Shown here in pieces: positions 50,101 to 56,390 of a stretch of DNA of 56,390 bases. Origin of the DNA: a virus (taxonomy: Duplodnaviria > Caudoviricetes); IMG/VR virus record IMGVR_UViG_3300006736_003202, positions 1 through 56,390 of that record; one strand, given 5' to 3'. Each line of letters starts with the position of its first letter. Within the stretch, counting starts at the first letter, position 1. Under the pieces are notes generated by a model. The model ran no database searches and was not told the DNA's origin. It worked only from the letters and a program-made list of their open reading frames with translations. Both the position numbers and the translations under genes were made by a program.

Positions 50101-50842
50101 CTGGTGGCGCGACGCCGGCTCGGGACACGCCCGGGCCGCGTCATCGGACGAATTCGCCCACACTGCAATCTCATGGCAGTCTGAGCTTAATCAGCTATTT
50201 TTGGGCGCCATTCTTTACGGAGTATGTGGTCTTAAAATGGGTGCAGCCGGCTCCACACAAGCGGCCGAGTATTGGCATGATTGGGGCCAGTCTGGATATA
50301 AATCAATCTCCAGCAATTTACAGGATATGCTGAACAACAAAGCTACATTTTTAAGACAAGTTAAGGATGGTGGTTGGGTACCATCGCCCGGCTTCGACGC
50401 TAGCGCGTATGATGAATCACAAGCATTCCGAAGTGCGGGTACGTATACTGATTTTGATGGATGGATCCCGGGTAGTGAGTATTGGGCAGCTATATGTTCA
50501 TTAGCGTGTACTTTTGGAGCAAACACTAGCAAAACATATGCCGATGAGCATCGATATATGGCGTTTATGTGTGCTCTGAGCAATTGTGGAGACGGTCGGT
50601 ATGTCGGCAACGAGTATGAGCAATATGGGGGCTACGTCACCGACATGTCGCGGGGCCACATGCAGGCCGCGGCCCCAATTCTTGGCTTGTGGGACACCGG
50701 TACCGGCATCCTGCCCAGCATTAAAGAATGGTTAGATGCCGGTGACGTCTACGGCGCTGGGTGGGATAAGCTGCAAGAGTGGCAAGACAATTGGATAGCA
50801 GAAAATGGAACTGAAGCTGGTGGTGACCTTCTAGAAATCTGA
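47099..50842 (+). CDS. Large (1247 aa) hypothetical, probable virion protein
   Basis: Long ORF within the structural module; acidic, Trp/Gly-rich C-terminal third. Confidence 0.75.
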   Translation: MSRITLKGDTTNTFGRFLPTPRIQKVEIYDDASFLVEYAIFLPVETDEELAQMLVHLEENVSICMSETRAFKNRFFDELVNSNAPEEVFTPIREALLGDSWKPVTEGGSDEDYWTGFFKTPYNFVIPEVFVDANIDTETIYDKEGKRFAKITMSYIRPTPDPEIVSTWDDISWYEDGGFDAIMLYSMDRNFIETVADISSTYHMMTLLRQNPLLVRSMMSDIDYEVLLIGKEVPNRTQMIYVNSDGGQYTELPLQSVTNQYFEQDTYTYDDIYEDFKSLIDDYDYTTADEELKNGLDQMTYVIESYKDKVDLIPELNALRKAWPNRNLGERIGHLYERFRRRLVNANSSVIEQPLLHKELVVGTKVVDQRGHTFDAWEDRWSDDSSAGDLSPGLLKEAYWDYYRPGGGSGGSDFSGAGWRGTLLYPTFRISNYAFTSGEAMSTVSDYVMANGYYWFDYDKFVYTQCQLSRFYSPTKVINYFGKEVMNMHVRIAGSTIYRTPQPWLRAYGTTGGDDIFVGNHAFRGIKIEADNEMWQFENPETTDALASPLTVKNSYYDSAIYTNGDGFGATGDEASPTPESDGWGTREIAAKRGGTLKSYNYLRNFSLVGPIEDATADIETLQNYRMACFEFQDLFPKELLRGEGSQRPMGGSMYSTPPHAMYYSATVKMRDSSLALVKAITGSYLRTQAELSEYVIDASTYCSYNDIDNRFNQFFVDYIEGLYGEAESPPYVKAATQYHLHRDLLYNESYGDLGTVMYKAKVTADAIGPHGGTLPALMKFSDDYKELYEQNYKGMENNALAEDTSGFSDIEGDFAVRVGLSTYGNLNAHFRDSGMDGDHSVSLHFQRYGYCDLPPPDSRDLPVEGNWIQPCWETDYEMILPDWEMEQIEVQPGHNPKPFSIIECDGWGNIIREEVNMHGFEELIAMCSYWKNIPGVIIQNFWQEAHKHATWAADSEFSDAHGGFVARGIVHDFLSTLGGTTSVLMDHDPQYTNDWTNASNWWRDAGSGHARAASSDEFAHTAISWQSELNQLFLGAILYGVCGLKMGAAGSTQAAEYWHDWGQSGYKSISSNLQDMLNNKATFLRQVKDGGWVPSPGFDASAYDESQAFRSAGTYTDFDGWIPGSEYWAAICSLACTFGANTSKTYADEHRYMAFMCALSNCGDGRYVGNEYEQYGGYVTDMSRGHMQAAAPILGLWDTGTGILPSIKEWLDAGDVYGAGWDKLQEWQDNWIAENGTEAGGDLLEI

Positions 50843-50888
50843 CATCCCCACCGACCTCTACACGTAAAAGTCAATAGGAGAAACATTT

Positions 50889-51446
50889 ATGCCTGAATAT
50901 ACCAAGAAACATTTTATCGACACAATTTCATCCCCGAAAAGCCAACATGTTCGTGTGATAGGGGGAGTGAGAATGGATCTGACTCAACAACCTAATTTAT
51001 ATAATATTAAAAGAGCACAATCGAGATTGGTCGGAACACGTCTCATGCCTCCCCCGGTAGATTATTTGGGAGGAGAAGAACTAAATCTGAAAGAAATGTC
51101 AATAGGAATTTTAAATTCTCTGGGGTGCACATTCTCAACAGAGGAGAAAGACTATTCGTTACTTAAGAGACAAACAGATAAAGAAGTCATCACAAATGAA
51201 AACATCATTGATATGACAGAGTGGGTAAAGATTGAAAATGAATCCATATTTGCCACCGATAAGTTTATAAATGTCTTGCTTGATCCGTTCTATAAGTTGG
51301 ATGACGATCTGCCACACCGCCAACAGAACTACATAGATAAAAAAGAAAAGAAGGAGATTCCAGACTCCACTATACTGACGTCTGACGTGGTGCTTTATAA
51401 TACTAATCCAGTATCGGACAAACTTAAACAGTTTAAATTTGCTTAA
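50889..51446 (+). CDS. Hypothetical protein
   Basis: AGGAG SD; 185-aa ORF on the operon strand. Confidence 0.7.
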   Translation: MPEYTKKHFIDTISSPKSQHVRVIGGVRMDLTQQPNLYNIKRAQSRLVGTRLMPPPVDYLGGEELNLKEMSIGILNSLGCTFSTEEKDYSLLKRQTDKEVITNENIIDMTEWVKIENESIFATDKFINVLLDPFYKLDDDLPHRQQNYIDKKEKKEIPDSTILTSDVVLYNTNPVSDKLKQFKFA

Positions 51447-51453
51447 GAAAATA

Positions 51454-51461
51454 ATTATTTA
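51454..51461 (+). promoter_or_regulatory. Candidate late promoter element (ATTATTTA)
   Basis: Intergenic; ends 17 nt before ATG 51479. Confidence 0.4.
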
Positions 51462-51478
51462 CAAGAGGGAAAAATAAA

Positions 51479-52255
51479 ATGGGAGACACAGAACTCAGCA
51501 CAGTAATCCAGATCACAGGATCCTCCGTAATATCCTTGGAAACGGGACTATCGTGGATATACGATCGTTTTGGTACCGACGAGAGCGATTTAGATACGAT
51601 GAATGCTGCCTTAAACCCCACCACTGATGCAGTTTATATACGTCTCAATGCCCGCACGGCCATAGATGACCGAGGTTATCCTCACGATGCTCAGTTTACG
51701 TCCCAGGCGGCCACAAGCGTTCCCTCTCCTTCATCTTTAATAGATACAAATTTATTGGCGGGGGGAATGGCGGTGTGCTATGATTATCATGAAAATTCAG
51801 AACAGTATGAAACGGGCATGAATCAGTATTTTAGTGTGTCTACTAACGGCGCGCCCATGCTCAGCTTTCAGCCAGGCGTCGGGCCAAACTCCACCACGCC
51901 CATCGATGCGCCTGAGAGCGGCGGGTGGTTTGAGGATCAATACACGGGAGACCAGGGTCAGTCCTCGTATATCTCCACTGTAGTGTACAAAGGAGATGAA
52001 GAAGCTGCTCTGCGAGATAAGTTTGGGTGGGGCGCCGGCACCACTACAAGTGAATATGTGGCGTCTGCCGTCGAGGCGATGGCGCTCGATGTTCATACAT
52101 CAGGGCTGCGCCAAGGATTTGTATACAATACGGTGAGCGGAAAGAGATTAAGCCTTAAGTCTGTATCTATATTCCCCAGAAAAAGAGTAACAGGGTCGAC
52201 CTCTACAACTTCACCTGCTAGCATACCAATGGCATCCGATCCATATACCTCATAG
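51479..52255 (+). CDS. Hypothetical Ser/Thr-rich probable virion protein
   Basis: GAGG SD; 258-aa ORF with an S/T/P-rich tail. Confidence 0.7.
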   Translation: MGDTELSTVIQITGSSVISLETGLSWIYDRFGTDESDLDTMNAALNPTTDAVYIRLNARTAIDDRGYPHDAQFTSQAATSVPSPSSLIDTNLLAGGMAVCYDYHENSEQYETGMNQYFSVSTNGAPMLSFQPGVGPNSTTPIDAPESGGWFEDQYTGDQGQSSYISTVVYKGDEEAALRDKFGWGAGTTTSEYVASAVEAMALDVHTSGLRQGFVYNTVSGKRLSLKSVSIFPRKRVTGSTSTTSPASIPMASDPYTS

Positions 52256-52263
52256 GAAATCTA

Positions 52264-55200
52264 ATGAAATCAGAGACAATATTAATTACGCCTACCACCC
52301 TTTCTGGTTCCACAGACCTGTTTCGCACCGCTATAGGTGGATGTTGGGAGACCGTAAGTGTAGTGCCTACAATACCAGATGGTGCCGATCAAGGAATATT
52401 TGCTATAGAACCTTTAGGTCAGACTGCGAATGAGATTCCTGCATTGCGCCCATTTATTAACGAAGTTCTTATTAATTCCGCTAGTAATCATTTATCAAAT
52501 GAGGTTATTGTACCCAATTATAAATTATATGTAAGATTGACTGGTCAAAAAGAGGTTGTTAAAAGCGATGATCACTGGAGAACACTGCTTGTAGGGGGCA
52601 CTTATGGCAACTCTACGTATGCGCCTATTTATACAGCAAGTATTTTTAATAATACATCTTTTTCGTATTGGATACCATATAACCAGTACGAGACCAATTT
52701 ATTTAGTACTATTAATCCGGATACGGATGACTATTGGAAAGCTTCCATAAGTGCCCCGATTAAAGTTGAGGCTGTCTACAACACATCCCTCCCGGAATAT
52801 GAGCAATATGTTAATCAGTTAGATTCTGAATTATTAATCCCCAATATATATTGGATGCGCACGTTTGATATATTTAGGCCCGATCGTACAGGGTTCTGGG
52901 CCGGCTCATACCTGTCATATACTTCTTATGGTGATACATTTGCCTCTATCTTAAAACATCACTCTAGTCTTTATGGCGCCGACGAAGCCTTTAGTGCCTA
53001 TCACGATGCTGCTAGTGGGTACTTGGAGTCATATGGTTCGCTTCACGATGAACATTACTTTGTAGCGCAATATTCAGCCTCTATCGAAAGATTGATGACT
53101 AGAGAGGATAATGTTAGTCCGGCATTGTTGGCTCTTCCTCAAGATATTAATTCGGATGGATTTTATGAAAATGAAAACTATCACATTTACCTAACATCTT
53201 CGATCATAAACAATGCGATTTCTGCCTCTACGTCTCAAGAGATTCAAAGAATTTTCAAGAATATTATATTTGATAACGAAAGCATGTATGGAGAAAGGAG
53301 CGTTCTTGATGAAATGACAAGCACTCTTTATGATCTTTATCAAGATCCATTGGAGGCCAATGAAGATTTTGAATATTTTGTTAACTATAAAACTCGTTTC
53401 CCCTACTATGTTTCTATTGAGATTCCCCTTACAAAACCTTATATTACTGGCATGGAACTGTGGGAATGGGATAGAGTAAGAAATTTTATACAAGACAGCC
53501 AATATATCCCAAAATTTTTAAGAACCCTAAAAGATGCATATACTAATAAAATTCCTGAAATAACACCCGAAGACAAGCTCTATTTTGCTTATAGTACGTA
53601 CTATGATAGTGATTCTAGCCACTCACGAATATCACAATATACGACCGCTAGCGCACAAACACTCAGAGTGGTTGACCTTATGGAGTTACTGGTACATGGC
53701 CATAACCAATTTAAATATAATCCATCCGAAGTAGATTGTTGTTTTATGGGGCCCGATTCAATAAATCGAAAAGTGGCAACAGACACCACCGGCATGTGGA
53801 GATATCTCAACAGTGCGGCATCTCTTGATACTATTATGAATTTCACTGAGTGGCTTAAAGAAGACGTCGCCCGGTCAGACGAAGAAGCCTATCCACGCTC
53901 CACTATTGGGAATCTTGATGATTTATATTCGCTTCAACATGACTTGAACAACAGTCGTATGATGGAGACAGTGGCATATAGGATTGAAAAGATTGGTGGC
54001 ACACCAACCAATGACGATAAAACTCAAAATGTAATTCAAAATATTTGGTTTTGGAACTCTAGGGCGGATGAGTCTGGTGGCGCCAAGATACTTCCCTATT
54101 ATGATACTCAAATTAAATATAACACCAATTATACCTATAAGATCTATGCTTATGTGCTGACGGCTGGGTGGGAATACAAATATTCTAATTTGGCATTAAC
54201 AAGGCAACTCGCACGACCGCAGAGCACGTACATCGATGCTGATGGGGCGTTCGATGGGTATTGCTTAGAATACTACGATCCAACGACCGACGAACCTACA
54301 CCAGCGCTGCCTCTGCCACAATTTTATCGTGAATTTTACGATCATGTATCGTGGGAAGAATTGGGCATGGATCATTCATATTACGGAAACCCCAACGCGA
54401 CGGCCGCACTACAATACTCTTCAGATAAATACCGCGCAGAATTTGTTTTGGATTATCAACCTGTCATTAAAATAGTAGAAGTGCCATTGTATAGTAAGAC
54501 TCTCAAAGTAACCGACAATCCTCCAAATAGATTGCAAGTTTCGCCGGCCCAACTAACCGACAATTCACAAAGAATTCTTTTTGAGCTAAAGTATGCAGCT
54601 GATCATGTAGATGTTTATCCCGCGGTCTTAACTCCGAAAGACAGCCAAATTAAAACAGATTACATGAATTCGCGCAATTTAGCTCCCGGCCAAGAGATTA
54701 CTCGCGAACACGGAAGCCGCTCACCACAGACATCCATAGAAGTATATCGTTTGGATGAAAAGCCCAAAACTATTGGAGACTTTGGAAAAAATCTTCGCGC
54801 CACACTCAGTCTTTCGTTGGCACCTGAAGAAAAAATTGGAAAAAGCAAAACAATTTACAATTTTTATGATAAAGTAAAAACTAATCTTAAGTATTATTAT
54901 GTTTTTCGGGTAATTAACGAAAAGGGTATCCCTGGAGATCTTTCTCCAATATATGAAGCGCAACTTGTAGATGATGGGGGTTACAAGTTTTCAATTTTCA
55001 ACATTCTAACCAACGAAGAAATGAAGGAGAGGCCTTTCGCACCATCCAAGCCACTCAAGAAAATCTTCGAAATCTTGCCCAACATCAATCACTTAACCTT
55101 AAATACAGGGAGCGTAGATTACACGCAACCAGCCCATACCCAGATCGGAAATATAAGTGTTGGATCACCCAATATAGAAGAATATATTTGGGGCAAGACT

Positions 55201-55281
55201 TATAAGTTTAGGCTTACTTCCAAAAAAACGGGCCGAAAAATTGATTTAAACATTAAGTATAATGAAGTAAATAGCGAATAA
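52264..55281 (+). CDS. Large (1005 aa) probable virion protein with beta-sandwich-like C-terminal region
   Basis: YYDTQIKYNTNYTYKIYAY and FYDKVKTNLKYYYVFR..N..G..G..S resemble FN3-like strands. Confidence 0.7.
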   Translation: MKSETILITPTTLSGSTDLFRTAIGGCWETVSVVPTIPDGADQGIFAIEPLGQTANEIPALRPFINEVLINSASNHLSNEVIVPNYKLYVRLTGQKEVVKSDDHWRTLLVGGTYGNSTYAPIYTASIFNNTSFSYWIPYNQYETNLFSTINPDTDDYWKASISAPIKVEAVYNTSLPEYEQYVNQLDSELLIPNIYWMRTFDIFRPDRTGFWAGSYLSYTSYGDTFASILKHHSSLYGADEAFSAYHDAASGYLESYGSLHDEHYFVAQYSASIERLMTREDNVSPALLALPQDINSDGFYENENYHIYLTSSIINNAISASTSQEIQRIFKNIIFDNESMYGERSVLDEMTSTLYDLYQDPLEANEDFEYFVNYKTRFPYYVSIEIPLTKPYITGMELWEWDRVRNFIQDSQYIPKFLRTLKDAYTNKIPEITPEDKLYFAYSTYYDSDSSHSRISQYTTASAQTLRVVDLMELLVHGHNQFKYNPSEVDCCFMGPDSINRKVATDTTGMWRYLNSAASLDTIMNFTEWLKEDVARSDEEAYPRSTIGNLDDLYSLQHDLNNSRMMETVAYRIEKIGGTPTNDDKTQNVIQNIWFWNSRADESGGAKILPYYDTQIKYNTNYTYKIYAYVLTAGWEYKYSNLALTRQLARPQSTYIDADGAFDGYCLEYYDPTTDEPTPALPLPQFYREFYDHVSWEELGMDHSYYGNPNATAALQYSSDKYRAEFVLDYQPVIKIVEVPLYSKTLKVTDNPPNRLQVSPAQLTDNSQRILFELKYAADHVDVYPAVLTPKDSQIKTDYMNSRNLAPGQEITREHGSRSPQTSIEVYRLDEKPKTIGDFGKNLRATLSLSLAPEEKIGKSKTIYNFYDKVKTNLKYYYVFRVINEKGIPGDLSPIYEAQLVDDGGYKFSIFNILTNEEMKERPFAPSKPLKKIFEILPNINHLTLNTGSVDYTQPAHTQIGNISVGSPNIEEYIWGKTYKFRLTSKKTGRKIDLNIKYNEVNSE

Positions 55282-55292
55282 CAAAAATAGTT

Positions 55293-55300
55293 ACTATTTA
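55293..55300 (+). promoter_or_regulatory. Candidate late promoter element (ACTATTTA)
   Basis: Intergenic; ends 18 nt before ATG 55319. Confidence 0.45.
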
Positions 55301-55318
55301 TCAAGTAGAGGAAATTAA

Positions 55319-56323
55319 ATGGCATTTTTAGACAACTCAGGCGACATTATCATGGACGCCGTCCTAACAGATCTCGGTCGCCGCCGAATGGCAGCTGGTA
55401 ATTTTAGAATTACTAAATTTGCACTAGGAGACGACGAGATAGACTATTCTCTTTATGATAGAGATGCAGTTTCTGGTTCGGCATACACCGACCTACAAAT
55501 ATTACAAACTCCCATATTCGAAGCTTTTTCCAAAGGCACCGCGGGAATTAATTACGGATTAACCACAATGGCTAATAACATTCTTTACATGCCAGAAATC
55601 GTGCAAAACCAAATTTGCAACGACAGCGCAGTTAAGACATCGGGTGGCCTCATCTATGTGGCTGCAAATTCCGAAACCGCGACAGCCCTAAAGGGCTCTT
55701 CGGCCTTGAGTGATACGAAGTATTTCCTAGAATCGGGAGCATTAGTGGGTTCGAAACTCGTTATTGAATCTGGTATTAATAGCACGGACGTAGATTCTAC
55801 AGTGGCCAATACTGGTATTTATCTTAGTAATCAGGGTATGTTGGATACAACTTTCGCAGTAGATTTTGATAGTGATGTTTTTGGGGGTCTGCAAGGTACC
55901 ACCACTAACTCTCGTTTTAATAACAACAATTCGAGCGGCCGTGATGAAGTAAACATGAAATTACGCAACACAGGTATTCAAGGGGGTTCCCCCGATCGCT
56001 CAGGTCAAGTCCGCGCTAAGATAAATGCGGTAGCCAACACGGTAACCGATGTGCCCGGAGGCACTCCCAAGAGCAATGTATCGGCATTGAAGGGCCCAGG
56101 CGGCACGGCAGCTGCCATGAACTTTACTCTTAATCCTGCGATGACCAACACTAAAGATGCCGGCACGACCTCTTCTATCTGGACCAAAAAGGGTCAAACG
56201 GGGGTCGATTTATTCGGAGATGGTAACACCTATGATACCCTCACTACAACCGTTTCGGTCACCGGTGAGGCCTCTGGTCAAACACAGCAATTTACACTTA
56301 AGGCCGTCCGCCGCGCCAGCTAA
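55319..56323 (+). CDS. Large-phage structural protein (baseplate/tail-associated)
   Basis: MAFLDNSGDIIMDAVLTDLGR...FRITKFALGDDEIDYSLY...TPIFEA N-terminus, a pattern I recall from large myovirus structural modules; GAGG SD. Confidence 0.75.
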   Translation: MAFLDNSGDIIMDAVLTDLGRRRMAAGNFRITKFALGDDEIDYSLYDRDAVSGSAYTDLQILQTPIFEAFSKGTAGINYGLTTMANNILYMPEIVQNQICNDSAVKTSGGLIYVAANSETATALKGSSALSDTKYFLESGALVGSKLVIESGINSTDVDSTVANTGIYLSNQGMLDTTFAVDFDSDVFGGLQGTTTNSRFNNNNSSGRDEVNMKLRNTGIQGGSPDRSGQVRAKINAVANTVTDVPGGTPKSNVSALKGPGGTAAAMNFTLNPAMTNTKDAGTTSSIWTKKGQTGVDLFGDGNTYDTLTTTVSVTGEASGQTQQFTLKAVRRAS

Positions 56324-56346
56324 ACAATTATATTTGGAGAATATAG

Positions 56347-56390
56347 ATGCCCAGGACATATGAAACTTTAAATCTCGCTTCTGATCTTAC
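56347..56390 (+). CDS. Start of next gene (truncated by window end)
   Basis: GGAG SD at 56336-56339, ATG 56347, MPRTYETLNLASDL open to the end. Confidence 0.6.
   Translation, partial: MPRTYETLNLASDL

Noticed and set aside
50843-50888. Terminator or small RNA in one of the few larger intergenic gaps of the structural module
   Set aside because: No convincing hairpin plus U-tract, and too short for a tRNA; no tRNA or rRNA was recognised anywhere in the window.

Overview
The window reads as a piece of a large tailed (myovirus-like) bacteriophage genome. Every credible gene is on the + strand and genes are tightly coupled by ATGA/GTGA/TAATG overlaps, with frequent GGAG/GAGG Shine-Dalgarno sites. 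(1) 1-291 is the C-terminus of a Cas4/RecB-like PD-(D/E)XK nuclease. (2) 299-19937 is a ~20 kb glycan-building cluster: GT4, GT-A, GT-D, GT11 and CgeB-type glycosyltransferases, WecB, Fcl-like, RmlB-like and two other SDR epimerases, a minimal DegT aminotransferase, a PseH-like acetyltransferase, a split HldE kinase/adenylyltransferase, a HAD phosphatase, a cupin, five FkbM methyltransferases and a sulfotransferase. I recognise no flippase, polymerase, exporter or undecaprenyl-priming gene in it. (3) 19949-21726 holds small genes including an FmdB zinc ribbon and a phage sigma factor. (4) 21723-56390 is a baseplate/tail module: a hub-like protein with an M15 zinc peptidase, a spike-like protein, a 2110-aa unknown, gp25, gp6, a DNRLRE-like protein, a 3790-aa gp7-like/LamG protein and further large virion proteins. 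Best candidate for an undescribed system (inference): phage-encoded virion O-glycosylation, with a variable glycan-decoration cassette array beside structural proteins strongly enriched in an [S/T]-[G/A/S]-S tripeptide that could be the acceptor sequon. Also seen directly: a chimeric recombination scar showing how a methyltransferase cassette was added, a second deletion scar, a strong excess of GCCGGC in the structural half, and a candidate late-promoter motif. All family calls come from motif recognition by eye and all counts are hand counts; no searches were run.
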